Assembly: GCA_049591595.1 (NCBI GenBank)
Contig: JBAWFE010000020.1
Coordinates: 17,314-81,313, forward strand
Source of the DNA: Candidatus Dormiibacterota bacterium
GTDB taxonomy: Bacteria > Chloroflexota > Dormibacteria > Aeolococcales > Bog-877
Length of the DNA: 64,000 nt
Reading direction: 5' to 3'
Shown: one piece after another, positions 1-9,570 of the stretch
Position numbering within the stretch: position 1 is the stretch's first letter
Layout: the number at the start of each line of letters is the position of its first letter
Notes under the pieces: model-generated
Told to the model about the DNA's origin: nothing
The model's database searches: none
What the model saw: the letters and a program-made list of their open reading frames with translations, nothing else
Position numbers and translations under genes: made by a program

Positions 1-644
1 GCGCCAGCCTGGGATCTCGGGTCCAGGCGAACGCGTCAGCTGGAGGCTCTATCCAAGGGTCCTCCAGGACTCCCGTTTCGACGCTTCGCCCCCAGAGATT
101 GGCATCGACGCTGTAAGGGCTCTCCTTGGTGGCGGTGATCTCCAGACCGTGCTCGGCGCCGTAGGCGATCTCGTCGCTGCGTCCCATCCGCCACTCGCGC
201 AGCGGCGCCACCACCTCCAGTCCGGGGGCGAGGGCGCCGACGGCGACATCGAAGCGGACCTGGTCGTTGCCCTTGGCGGTGCAGCCGTGGGCGACCGCCG
301 AGGCGCCCACCTCCTGGGCCACCTCGACCAAGAGCCGGGCGATAAGCGGCCGGCCCAGGGCCGTGGCAAGCGGGTAGACGCCCTGGTACAAGGCCCCGGC
401 CTGAAGGGTGGGCCAAACGAAATTGCTGAGGAACAGCTCCTTGGCATCGACCACGTGGGCGGCCGTGGCGCCGGCGCCAAGCGCCCTTCGTTGGAGCACC
501 TCGGCATCGGCGGTTTCCCCCAGGTCGGCGGAGAGGGTGATCACCTCGAATCCCCGGGTGTGGGTCAGCCAGTGGACCGCCACGGTGGTGTCCAGCCCGC
601 CTGAGAAGGCCAGCACGCAGCGGGGCCGTTGGGAGTCGGTCACG
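1..644 (-). CDS. argG: argininosuccinate synthase, N-terminal ~214 aa (gene continues past 5' window edge)
   Basis: Manual translation of minus strand from GTG ~644: VTDSQRPRCVLAFSGGLDTTVAVHWL...AHGCTAKGNDQVRFD...REW..SDEIAYG...YSVDANLWGRS; PP-loop SGGLDT and ArgG signature; follows argR in operon. Confidence 0.85.
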
Positions 645-698
645 AGGTCCCTCTGGCCTCGAGTCGTCTCCCAGAGCCCTGGTGAACTACCTGCGCTT

Positions 699-1175
699 TC
701 AGCCCCATCGGGCGCCCCGATCCTGGGCCTCACGCAGCCTTCGCCCAACCGCCTTGGCCCCGCCGTCGGAGCGGGTCAAGACAAAAACGGTGTCGTCTCC
801 TGCGACGCTTCCCGCGACCTGGCCCAGGGCTAGACCGTCAACGGCTGCGGCGACTACCTGGGCGCCGCCGGAAAGTGTCCGCAGGACGACGATCGACCCG
901 ACCACCTCAAGCTGGATCAACTGGGAGGCCAGCGCGGCCACCAGGCGGGCCTCCCCATCCGGCCCATCGGCTGGCGGCAGGTAGCGGGGCCCGTCGGCGG
1001 CCGGCACCCGGGCGACCCGAAGCTGGCGCAAGTCCCGGCTGATGGTTGCCTGGGTGGCGCTGATGCGCCGTCGCCGCAACTCCTGCGCCAACTGGGCCTG
1101 AGTCTGGACGGAGCGACTGCGCAGAACCTCCAGGATCACCGACTGGCGCGACGCCCGCGAGATGGCAGCGGTCAA
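699..1175 (-). CDS. argR: arginine repressor ArgR
   Basis: 158 aa; N-terminal winged-helix (QAQLAQELRRRRISATQATISRDLRQL) plus C-terminal oligomerisation domain; embedded in arg operon. Confidence 0.85.
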   Translation of the reverse strand: MTAAISRASRQSVILEVLRSRSVQTQAQLAQELRRRRISATQATISRDLRQLRVARVPAADGPRYLPPADGPDGEARLVAALASQLIQLEVVGSIVVLRTLSGGAQVVAAAVDGLALGQVAGSVAGDDTVFVLTRSDGGAKAVGRRLREAQDRGARWG

Positions 1176-2398
1176 CTGCCGACCCCTGCAGCCTGGGCCG
1201 TGTTCAAAGCGCGCTCAATTCCGGATACCGCCAGCTCAACCTCAGCCTGGCCGAGGATCAGGGGTGGGGCGAGCCGGATCGTCGAGGCGCCGATGGGATT
1301 GATCAATATCGCCTCGCCGAGGGCCGCTCGTGCAGTTTCCTGAGCCAAGGGCCGACTGAGTCCGATCCCCAGCAGCAGTCCGCGTCCGCGCACCTCAGCG
1401 ATTGGTAGCCCCTGCTCGCCGAGGGCCAGCAGCCGGGAGCGCAGCTCGGCCCCGATCTCGACCGCCCTCTTGGGCAGGTCGTCTCGCTCCAGCACTCGAA
1501 GCACGGCCAGAGCCGCCGAGCAGGCGACCGGATTGCCCCCGAACGTGCTCCCGTGATCTCCGGGCGTGAGCACGTCAGCTCGAGCTCCCACCAGGACGGC
1601 TCCCAGCGGCAGACCTCCGGCGATCCCCTTGGCGACGGTCATGATGTCGGGGACGATGCCCGCCTGCTGGTAGGCCCACATGGTCCCTGAGCGGCCCATA
1701 CCACTCTGGATCTCGTCGACGATCAGAAGAGCCTGGTATCGGTCGCAGAGTGCCCTCAGCGCTCGGAGGTAGTCATCCTCCAGTACGAATACCCCGCTCT
1801 CGCCCTGGATCGGTTCCACCAGGACTGCGACGGGGGGCCGCTCGGAGTCGGCCAGCGCCGCCTCCACCGACTCGAGATCCCCCTTGCGCAGCTGACGAAA
1901 ACCGTCGGGAAGGGGGCGAAAAGGGTCGCTGTAGTGGGCATTACCGGTGGCTGCCAAAGTCCCCAGCGTTCGACCATGAAAGGCGCCCTGGAGCGTGAGG
2001 ATGTGGAACGCGCCGCCGCGGTTGAGCTGGCCCCATTTGCGGGCAACCTTGATCGCGGCCTCGTTCGCCTCGGCGCCACTGTTGCCGAAGAAGACCCGCC
2101 CGGGAAAAGCCGTCTCAACCAACCGCGCGGCCAGCTGGACCTGCGGTTCGGTGAAGTAGAGATTGCTGGTGTGGATCAGCCGCTGCAGCTGATCGGTGGC
2201 GGCCGCGACCACCTCGGGGTGGCAGTGACCGAGCACATTGACGGCGATCCCGCCCAAGAGGTCCAGGAGCCGGCGGCCGTCGTTGGTCTCGACGTAACAG
2301 CCCTCGCCGCGAACCAGGGTGATCGGTACCCGGTTGTAGTTGCCCACTATCACCTGCTCGGCCAGCGCCGCAGTGGAGACCGCCGTCAGTTCAGCCAT
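1172..2398 (-). CDS. argD: acetylornithine aminotransferase (class III PLP aminotransferase)
   Basis: 408 aa; GNSGAEANEAAIKVARKW, HGRTLGTLAATGN, PLP-lysine region TVAKGIAGGLP; overlaps argR start (ATGA-type coupling). Confidence 0.85.
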   Translation of the reverse strand: MAELTAVSTAALAEQVIVGNYNRVPITLVRGEGCYVETNDGRRLLDLLGGIAVNVLGHCHPEVVAAATDQLQRLIHTSNLYFTEPQVQLAARLVETAFPGRVFFGNSGAEANEAAIKVARKWGQLNRGGAFHILTLQGAFHGRTLGTLAATGNAHYSDPFRPLPDGFRQLRKGDLESVEAALADSERPPVAVLVEPIQGESGVFVLEDDYLRALRALCDRYQALLIVDEIQSGMGRSGTMWAYQQAGIVPDIMTVAKGIAGGLPLGAVLVGARADVLTPGDHGSTFGGNPVACSAALAVLRVLERDDLPKRAVEIGAELRSRLLALGEQGLPIAEVRGRGLLLGIGLSRPLAQETARAALGEAILINPIGASTIRLAPPLILGQAEVELAVSGIERALNTAQAAGVGS

Positions 2399-3296
2399 CG
2401 ACCGGCACCGGGTCGATCATGGTGCCGACCCCAGCTTCGGTCAGCAGCTCGAGCAGGATCGAGTGAGGCTGACGCCCGTCGACGATATGCACCGTCACCC
2501 CCGCACGGGCCGCCGCACAGGCCGCTTTGAGCTTAGGGATCATTCCGTCCGCGGCCGCCCCATCCCGCCAGAGCGCTTCAGCCTGGTCCACCGTGAGTCG
2601 GCTCTGGAACTCCCCCTGCCGGTTTTTCACCCCGGGTACGTCGGTCAGGAGTAGCAGCTTGTTAGCGTGCAGCTCCTCGGCCAGCGACGCCGCGACCGTG
2701 TCGGCATTGACGTTGTAGGCAAGCCCGTCGTAGCCGAGGCCGACCGAGGCGACGACCGGGATCATGCCCCGCTCGGTGATGGTGAGAACTGGCTCGGCAT
2801 TGACCTCCTGGATCTCACCGACACGGCCCAGGTCTTCACCGTTGGGTCCGAGCTGACGCCGAACCAGAATGCTGGGACCGTCCTCTCCGGAGAGTCCCAT
2901 GGCCCGCCCGCCGAGGCGGTGGATGGCCCCCACCAGGTCGGGATTGATCTTGCCAGTCAAGACCATCTTGGCCACCTCCATGGTCTTGTCGTCGGTGACC
3001 CTCAGGCCGTCTACGAATTGGGTTGTCAGACCGAGAGCCCCGGCCAGCGCGGTGATCTCCTTGCCCCCGCCGTGTACCAGAACCGGACGCAGGCCCACGA
3101 AGCGCAGCAGAACCAAATCCTGGAGGACAGTGTCCCGGGCTACGCCCTCGTCCATGGCGGCGCCCCCCAGCTTGACCACCACCAGCTGATCCTGGAAGCG
3201 CCTTATATAAGGCAGTGCCTCAACTAGGACCTCGGCTCGCTTGAGCGCCGTGGCCTGATCTCGGTCGGTGGTGGCGTCAGGTTGAGTAGTCGGCAT
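2391..3296 (-). CDS. argB: acetylglutamate kinase
   Basis: 301 aa; VVKLGGAAM...VLVHGGG amino-acid kinase motifs; operon position. Confidence 0.9.
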   Translation of the reverse strand: MPTTQPDATTDRDQATALKRAEVLVEALPYIRRFQDQLVVVKLGGAAMDEGVARDTVLQDLVLLRFVGLRPVLVHGGGKEITALAGALGLTTQFVDGLRVTDDKTMEVAKMVLTGKINPDLVGAIHRLGGRAMGLSGEDGPSILVRRQLGPNGEDLGRVGEIQEVNAEPVLTITERGMIPVVASVGLGYDGLAYNVNADTVAASLAEELHANKLLLLTDVPGVKNRQGEFQSRLTVDQAEALWRDGAAADGMIPKLKAACAAARAGVTVHIVDGRQPHSILLELLTEAGVGTMIDPVPVDG

Positions 3297-4509
3297 TGAT
3301 CCTCACGTAGTCCAAGGTGAGATCACAACCCAAGGCGGTGGCCTCAGCCTCTCCCACTCCCAGGTCGATCTCGATGGCAATTCTGGTCTGATCGAGTGAC
3401 TTGGCCACCAGCTCCAACGACAGCCCAGTCGGCCGACCCATGGCGAAGAGCTCATGGCCGGCAATTCGCAGCCGGCAGCGGTCGAGGGCCAGCTCAGCGC
3501 CGCTCCGCCCGACGGCCATCAGGATCCGGCCCCAATTGGGATCACCCCCATGGACGGCGGTCTTGACCAGCGGTGAGCTGGAGACAGTCCGGGCCGCCAG
3601 CGAGGCCTGGCGCTCGTCGACCGCCCCCAAAATGTGCACCGAGAAGGTTTTGGTGACTCCCTCACCGTCAGCCACGACCTGCTCCGCCAGGTCCAGCAGC
3701 ACCGAGTCCAGGCAGTCAGCGAAAAGCTTCGCCTCGAGTGTGTCCCGCCGCAGTTCGGGACCGCCGGCAGCCCCATTGGCCAGCACCAGGCAGCAATCGT
3801 TGGTGCTGGTGTCGCCGTCGACGCTGATGGTGTTGAAGCTGGAGCGCACCGACTGGTGCAGCAGGTCGCGCAGGAGATCCGGCGCGACCTGGGCGTCGGT
3901 CGTGACGAAGGCCAACAGGGTCGCCATGTCGGGATGGATCATCCCCGCGCCTTTGGCCATTCCCCCGACGGTGTGGGTGATCCCTCCCACTTCGAATTGC
4001 TCGACGGTCTCCTTGGGCTTGGTGTCAGTTGTCATGATCGCTTCGGCGGCCAGGTGACCATTGCCCGCGTCCAACCGCCGTCCAGCTTCCAGTATCGCCT
4101 GGCGAATGCGCTCCATCGGCATGCTGCGCCCGATCACCCCGGTCGATGCCACCAGGACCTCTCCGGGATCGCACTCAGCGGCGTCCGCCGCCGTCTGCAC
4201 CATCCGCAGGGCGTCCGCCAGCCCCTGTGAGCCGGTGCAGGCGTTGGCATTGCCGCTATTCACCACCACCGCCCGGGCCATCCCGCGCTTCAGATGCAGC
4301 TGGCTAACCACGACCGGCGCGGCCTTGACTCGGTTCTGGGTGAAAACTCCCGCCGCAGTAGCCGGCACGTCGCTGGCCAGCAGCGCCACGTCGGGGCGAA
4401 CGCTGCCCGCCCCCCGCACGTCCGCACTGGCGGCGGCAGCCCGGAAGCCGCGGGCGGCGGTCACGCCACTGGCCTGCTGCCCCACGGCCGACTTCGCGGT
4501 TATGGCCAT
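3277..4509 (-). CDS. argJ: bifunctional glutamate N-acetyltransferase/amino-acid acetyltransferase ArgJ
   Basis: 410 aa; TTDTKPKE and ATLLAFVTTDA (self-cleaving Thr) motifs typical of ArgJ. Confidence 0.9.
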   Translation of the reverse strand: MAITAKSAVGQQASGVTAARGFRAAAASADVRGAGSVRPDVALLASDVPATAAGVFTQNRVKAAPVVVSQLHLKRGMARAVVVNSGNANACTGSQGLADALRMVQTAADAAECDPGEVLVASTGVIGRSMPMERIRQAILEAGRRLDAGNGHLAAEAIMTTDTKPKETVEQFEVGGITHTVGGMAKGAGMIHPDMATLLAFVTTDAQVAPDLLRDLLHQSVRSSFNTISVDGDTSTNDCCLVLANGAAGGPELRRDTLEAKLFADCLDSVLLDLAEQVVADGEGVTKTFSVHILGAVDERQASLAARTVSSSPLVKTAVHGGDPNWGRILMAVGRSGAELALDRCRLRIAGHELFAMGRPTGLSLELVAKSLDQTRIAIEIDLGVGEAEATALGCDLTLDYVRINADYST

Positions 4510-5528
4510 TGGGCCGCTTCGCCCAGTCCGGAGCGAGACGCGAGGCCAAAGCGCAGGTTCATCACCTGAACCGCCTGCGCAGAGGCGCCGCGCCCGAGGT
4601 TGTCAAGGACCGCGGACACCACGAAATGGCGGCCCTGCTGAGCCAGGGTGAGCCAGCACAAGTTGGTGTTCGTCGTCTGCTTACTGCTTACCGGGGAGTT
4701 AGAGATCCGCACGAATGGCTGATCACGAAACCGCTCCTGGTAAACCGCTTTGAGCTGCTCCAATGTCACCCCCGCCCGCGGGCGGAGATAGCAGGTGACC
4801 TGGATACCTCGGGTCATCGGCACCAGGTGGGGAACAAAGGTCACGGTGACGGGAGCTCCGCTCAGGTCCGTCAGCACCTGTTCCATCTCCGGCTGGTGGC
4901 GATGCCCGGTGACCGCGTAGGGCTTGACTGACTCGTTCAGCTCGGTGAAGAGGTATTCCGCCGACGCGCTACGCCCGGCCCCGCTCACTCCAGTCTTGCC
5001 GTCAACCACCACCTCCGCCTCAATCAGCTGTCTCTCCACGGCCGGGCCGCAGGCTAGGATGGCGGCCGTGGAAAAACATCCGGGAAGGGCGATTAGCTGC
5101 GCCCCCGGGATGGCCTGAGGGCGGAGCTCCGGGAGGGCGAGGATTGCCTGCGACAAGAGCTCGGGGGCGGGGTGAGGCAGTCCATACCAGCTGGCGAAGG
5201 CGGTTGGCGACCGGAGTCGGAAATCTGCCGAGACATCCATCACCACAGCGCCTTGCGCGAGCCACGACTCCGACTGGCGCGCGGCGTCGCCTGGGGCTGA
5301 CGCACTTATCACCAAGTCGCAATCTTCTGCGTTAATGGACTCCACCAGCACCTGGTTACAAGTGGAGCCCGGGAAGGTCGCGGAGTGGACCTTTCCCGCC
5401 TGGGTCCGCGACGAGACAGCCGCCAACTCGACATCTGGGTGATCCAGCAAGAGTCTCACACAGCCGGCACCGGCATATCCTGTCGCGCCCGCCACTGCTA
5501 CCCTCACACGATTGCCCGATCCAGACAT
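4500..5528 (-). CDS. argC: N-acetyl-gamma-glutamyl-phosphate reductase
   Basis: 342 aa; N-terminal Rossmann VRVAVAGATGYAGAG, catalytic Cys region SGAGRSASAE..; first gene of arg operon. Confidence 0.9.
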   Translation of the reverse strand: MSGSGNRVRVAVAGATGYAGAGCVRLLLDHPDVELAAVSSRTQAGKVHSATFPGSTCNQVLVESINAEDCDLVISASAPGDAARQSESWLAQGAVVMDVSADFRLRSPTAFASWYGLPHPAPELLSQAILALPELRPQAIPGAQLIALPGCFSTAAILACGPAVERQLIEAEVVVDGKTGVSGAGRSASAEYLFTELNESVKPYAVTGHRHQPEMEQVLTDLSGAPVTVTFVPHLVPMTRGIQVTCYLRPRAGVTLEQLKAVYQERFRDQPFVRISNSPVSSKQTTNTNLCWLTLAQQGRHFVVSAVLDNLGRGASAQAVQVMNLRFGLASRSGLGEAAQWP

Positions 5529-5538
5529 TCCGAAATGA

Positions 5539-5556
5539 TTGCATATTTATGCGTGA
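5539..5556. promoter_or_regulatory. candidate ARG box (ArgR operator) 10 bp upstream of argC start
   Basis: Near-perfect palindrome TTGCATAtTTATGCgTGA (TGCATA/TATGCA half sites) in the 75-bp gap between the upstream gene stop and the argC ATG. Confidence 0.45.
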
Positions 5557-5603
5557 GTCGGCATGACGGCACGCACTGGGGAGCGTCGGAGCGCGGTTCG
5601 GGG

Positions 5604-7439
5604 TCAGGCTCCCGGCGAGGGCTCCTGAGCTTCCGGAATCGATTCGGCGAGCACCCTGCCGCGGCTGTCCAACGCCACGACCGCGACATACTTGGACTGA
5701 GCAAGCCCCGTGACCACTGTCTCAAATCCGGCCTTGGCACGCGTGGCGACCACCTTGAGATGTTTGGGGTCAGCTCCGGTCCGAACCTGCCAGCGCGCGA
5801 TTCCGGTGGCCCCATTCCAGCTCGCATAGACACTCATGTCGCCTGTCGGGCTGATCGTCGCTGCTTCTTCGGGTAGCGTGTTGGGCGTCGCTGCCCAAGG
5901 GTAGGAGTAGGCGCGATAGCTGTTTGTCGGCTGCGGAAAGGTGGCGTCGAACACCACGTTGCCGTTCGGGTCGTACTCCGTCACAAACGAGCCTGATCCC
6001 CAACCGAGAAGGGCTCCGCCCCCGGGAAGGAGCTGCACGTTCCCCTGTGCGGGCACGTCCAGTGCCGGGCGATGGGTGTACCGGCGCAAGAGGCTGACGG
6101 CTCTCTTCTGGAGGTCGAGCGAGAGCACGATGCCACGGGCCTGCGGGCCTTTGGAACCCACGTCCTCGTCGTCAAAGATGGTGAGGGTGCCATTCGCCTG
6201 GAACTCGGCGTCGTGCTGCAAGGCGAATTTCGTGCCGGGTCCCATGGAAAAGCTGCTGTGCTTGCCGTTCAGCTGCCAGAGGACCGTCCCAGTTGACTGG
6301 TTCAACTCGTATACCGCGTGGGCGTTCCGAGCTGAAATGAGCACGGTCCCGTGCGTTGACGGGTCGATCGAGTTGACGTGGAAGTAGTCGTAAAGGGCGT
6401 TGGTCGGGGTGGGCAGCGCCTGGTAGGACGCGGTGACGCTGATGTGATCGAGGCTGTGCCACTCGAAGAGCACGTTGCCCGTCTTGATGTCAATTTCCTG
6501 GACGATTCCATCCCAGACCGCACCATGCTTTGGGCCCCCGACCGAAGCCAGATCCCAGTCGACTGCGTTGTAGGCGGTGATCCAGGCGGCGCCCTGTGGA
6601 GTGACCAGGAACTCATGGAGATCGGCCTGGTAGCCGTTGCCGGCCCGCACCGTCGCAATCACTTGATATGAGTCATTGGCGATGTAGTCCACGCCCGCTC
6701 CGTGACCGCTACCGACCTGGCCCTGCCACCAGGTGAGAACGGGTTGCCCCTGGTAGGCCTGAATCCGGAGATCCGATGGCTGCGCGCCGGCTGCTAGGGG
6801 ATCAAACCAGACCAGCTGACCGTGACTGTCCACGATCATCAGCCCGGCCTGCCCAGGACCGCCCTTGGGGGCCAGGAAGATGTCATTGCCTCCGCTTAGA
6901 CGATCGACATCCACAGTCAGGGCCGGAGGGGACAGGGTAGGCGCGGACTGGAACGACTGGATCTCTGAGGCTGTAACCGATGGGGAGGGAGTCGCGGGGC
7001 GGCCTGGGGCCGGCGGGGCCGGGTTAGCAGGCCTGGCCACCCCGAAACTCCAAGTTCCCCCGCTGGCGCCGCAGATGGCCAGTTTGGTCTTGACCGCGAC
7101 CGTCTCTCCGGCGTTGAAGGGGGTAGTTGGATAGAAGCTGGCCCCATCGTGGTCAGAGTCCTGGACCAACCGACCTGGATGGGTCCCGGTTTGCGAGCCG
7201 ACCACCTGGATGGCCGCCGCCCGAAGCCTGGCTACGCTGGCACCCCGAAAACTGATCTGGGTTTCCGGCGAGGCGGTGGCCGTGCCGGGGCTGGGGTAGA
7301 CGCTCACCGCGCTGCAGGAGGTCGCCACCGCTAGTGCTGGCCTACCGGGCCGGCCAGCCACAGGAACTCCACAAGAACTGATCGTGACGACCGCCAGGCA
7401 CGCCAACAAGATCGATCCGGTGCGCACCGCCGAGCGCAC
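5604..7439 (-). CDS. secreted lipoprotein with beta-propeller, arylsulfotransferase (ASST)-like
   Basis: 611 aa; signal peptide with lipobox-like TISSCG, Pro-rich linker, then repeats DIFLAPKGG..QLVWFDP, HVNSIDPS, LTIFDDEDVG reminiscent of the ASST family. Confidence 0.5.
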   Translation of the reverse strand: MRSAVRTGSILLACLAVVTISSCGVPVAGRPGRPALAVATSCSAVSVYPSPGTATASPETQISFRGASVARLRAAAIQVVGSQTGTHPGRLVQDSDHDGASFYPTTPFNAGETVAVKTKLAICGASGGTWSFGVARPANPAPPAPGRPATPSPSVTASEIQSFQSAPTLSPPALTVDVDRLSGGNDIFLAPKGGPGQAGLMIVDSHGQLVWFDPLAAGAQPSDLRIQAYQGQPVLTWWQGQVGSGHGAGVDYIANDSYQVIATVRAGNGYQADLHEFLVTPQGAAWITAYNAVDWDLASVGGPKHGAVWDGIVQEIDIKTGNVLFEWHSLDHISVTASYQALPTPTNALYDYFHVNSIDPSTHGTVLISARNAHAVYELNQSTGTVLWQLNGKHSSFSMGPGTKFALQHDAEFQANGTLTIFDDEDVGSKGPQARGIVLSLDLQKRAVSLLRRYTHRPALDVPAQGNVQLLPGGGALLGWGSGSFVTEYDPNGNVVFDATFPQPTNSYRAYSYPWAATPNTLPEEAATISPTGDMSVYASWNGATGIARWQVRTGADPKHLKVVATRAKAGFETVVTGLAQSKYVAVVALDSRGRVLAESIPEAQEPSPGA

Positions 7440-7651
7440 AGCCCTAGCCCTCCCTACTCCGTCTCCTGCTGGCTCGGGTGCTTCCCCCGGGCGCTCGCAG
7501 ATAGTAGAACCTGGGGCGCCCGGATCCCCTCAAATCTGAGAGCACACTGAGCCCGGACTGTGCCTCAACCATCGGAAGGCCCGAGATCAGGAGTGGGCAT
7601 TCCCACCGGGGAGGGCCGTCGGTTCGGTAGATTGCCCGAACAAGGATCCCC

Positions 7652-9058
7652 ATGACCACCCAGCCAACCCGGCGACCCACCCCCGCGCCACCTCCCTCAA
7701 GGTCTGCCGCTCCGATGCCCAACGGCCGCGCCACGCCTGGGGAGGGACCGGCCTTCTGCCCGGCGCCACCCTCGACTCTCTCCGAATTGGGCCTGCCCTT
7801 CTCGTTTGTGTGCGACCTTGTGCTGAAGATCCTGTACTTCAACGGCACCGTGCTGGGCCGGGAGCTGAGCGCCATGGTCTGCCTGCCGTGGTCGTTGACC
7901 AGCGAGGCGGTTGCCTTCATCTCCAAGGAGAGCTTCTGCGGCACGACCGGAGCCCGGGCCGCCACCAAGGCGCACGAGGACTTCGCCGAGGGACTGGAAT
8001 ACGTTCTGACGGCGTCAGGGCGGGAGCGGGCCCGGGAGACATTGCAACTGAGCCAGTACGCGGGGCCGGCTCCGGTTCCAATCGACAGCTACCTCGCCAG
8101 CGCCCGCAGCCTCGCGTCCGACACCGGCGAGGTCAGCGCCGAGATCATGCGTCAGGCGCTGGGCAACCTGGTTCTGCCCGATTCGGTAGTGGATGTGGTG
8201 GGCTCGGCGCTCACCGCCAGGCAGGCACTGTTCCTCTTCGGTCCCCCTGGCAATGGCAAGAGTTCGATCGCCGACGCCTGCGCCGCGGTGTTGGGCAACC
8301 CCATCTTCATTCCCCACGCCCTCTACGTTCACGGCGAAGTGGTGCGCGTATTTGACCCGGTCCACCACCGCCCGGTGGCGGGGCCGCCAATCGTGCACGA
8401 CCGCCGCTGGACCCTCGTCTACCGGCCGGTGGTCCGCACCGGGGGCGAGCTTAGAGCGCAGCAGCTGGAGCCGGCCTTCGACCGCGTGCTCGGCTTCTAC
8501 GAGGCCCCGCTGCAGGTCAAGGCCAACGGCGGCATCTTCCACGTTGACGACTTCGGCCGCCAGGTGATCTCCCCGAGAGAGATTCTGAACCGCCTGATCG
8601 TTCCCCTCGAGACCGGGGTTGACCACCTCAACATCGCCAGAGCCGGAACGACGGTCAGCGTCCCCTATGCCACCATCTTGCTGCTCTCCACCAACCTCGA
8701 TCCGTCAGAGTTGGTGGACGAGGCGTTCCTGCGTCGCGTGCGCTACAAGGCGCTGGTGGATGACCCTGGTCCGGAGGAGTTCCGGACCATCTTCCGCCAG
8801 GTCTGTCGGGACCGAGGCCTGGACTATCGCGACGACGCGGTGGACTACCTCATGGCTAATCACTACGCCCCAAAAAATCGCTCCCTGCGAGGCTGCCAGC
8901 CCCGGGACCTAGTGGGGCAGATCATCAGCACCGCCCGATATTTGGGCAAGCCGGCTGAGCTGAGCCACGATCTGATCGACCGGGTGGCCCACGCCTACTT
9001 CGCAGACTTCCGCTACGCGGCAGGGCTAAAGCCGGAGGCTCCGGGGCCGCCTGAGTAG
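7652..9058 (+). CDS. AAA-type P-loop ATPase with Pro-rich disordered N-terminus, function unknown
   Basis: 468 aa; Walker A LFLFGPPGNGKSS, Walker B-like GIFHVDDFG, sensor-1/second region of homology ILLLSTNLDPSELVDEAFLRR. Confidence 0.6.
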   Translation: MTTQPTRRPTPAPPPSRSAAPMPNGRATPGEGPAFCPAPPSTLSELGLPFSFVCDLVLKILYFNGTVLGRELSAMVCLPWSLTSEAVAFISKESFCGTTGARAATKAHEDFAEGLEYVLTASGRERARETLQLSQYAGPAPVPIDSYLASARSLASDTGEVSAEIMRQALGNLVLPDSVVDVVGSALTARQALFLFGPPGNGKSSIADACAAVLGNPIFIPHALYVHGEVVRVFDPVHHRPVAGPPIVHDRRWTLVYRPVVRTGGELRAQQLEPAFDRVLGFYEAPLQVKANGGIFHVDDFGRQVISPREILNRLIVPLETGVDHLNIARAGTTVSVPYATILLLSTNLDPSELVDEAFLRRVRYKALVDDPGPEEFRTIFRQVCRDRGLDYRDDAVDYLMANHYAPKNRSLRGCQPRDLVGQIISTARYLGKPAELSHDLIDRVAHAYFADFRYAAGLKPEAPGPPE

Positions 9059-9065
9059 CCAGCTC

Positions 9066-9527
9066 TCAGGGCTGGACCTCTTGGCCAAAGGCGGCCCTCA
9101 GCTCCCGCTCAACTCGCGCCCGTCCCCCGGGGCCGGTTTGCTTTTCAACCGAGCGATCCACCTCCTTTACTGCGGCGAAGATGCTCTTAGCGGCGGCCCG
9201 GCCCCTAACCGTGAGACCGAGGCGAACCAGGCGGTGGTCAGCGGGGTCCGAGCTGCGGCGCAGGTATCCCCGTTCGACCATCAGGTCACTCAGTCGGCTC
9301 AGCCCCTGTTTGGTGGTTCCCAGCTGGGCAGCGAGATCGCCCACTGTCGCCGGAGCCGAGCCCAAGGTCACCAGCACCCAGCTGCCTGAACGGGGCAGGT
9401 CGTCAAAGCCGGACCGAAGCAAGCGCGCTCGCACCGCCGACCGATAGGCGCGGACGCCACGGCTGAGCAGCACCACCAGATGGGGTTCGGCGGCGCCTTG
9501 GGCGGTGGGGTGGCGGACCTTCACCAA
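9066..9527 (-). CDS. MarR family transcriptional regulator
   Basis: 153 aa; winged HTH TVGDLAAQLGTTKQGLSRLSDLMVERGYLRR..DHRLVRLGLT. Confidence 0.8.
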   Translation of the reverse strand: MVKVRHPTAQGAAEPHLVVLLSRGVRAYRSAVRARLLRSGFDDLPRSGSWVLVTLGSAPATVGDLAAQLGTTKQGLSRLSDLMVERGYLRRSSDPADHRLVRLGLTVRGRAAAKSIFAAVKEVDRSVEKQTGPGGRARVERELRAAFGQEVQP

Positions 9528-9553
9528 CGGAGCATAGCGCGGATTCGGATGTT

Positions 9554-9570
9554 GTCACCATAGTTGACAG
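9554..9570. promoter_or_regulatory. inverted repeat TGTCAccatagtTGACA in MarR/membrane-protein divergent intergenic region (candidate MarR operator)
   Basis: Palindrome seen directly in 36-bp intergenic region between divergent genes. Confidence 0.25.

Noticed and set aside
7497-7620. CTGAGA box, GGGGCGCCC, GATCAGGAG and a GTGGG-CATT-CCCAC hairpin upstream of the AAA ATPase, superficially like a TPP riboswitch
   Set aside because: The P2 pairing (GGGG with ACCC after CUGAGA) and the conserved UAAUGCC/GCG-AGGGA P4-P5 elements are not present in the right arrangement. The downstream gene is unrelated to thiamine. Likely chance resemblance, though an Rfam scan would settle it.
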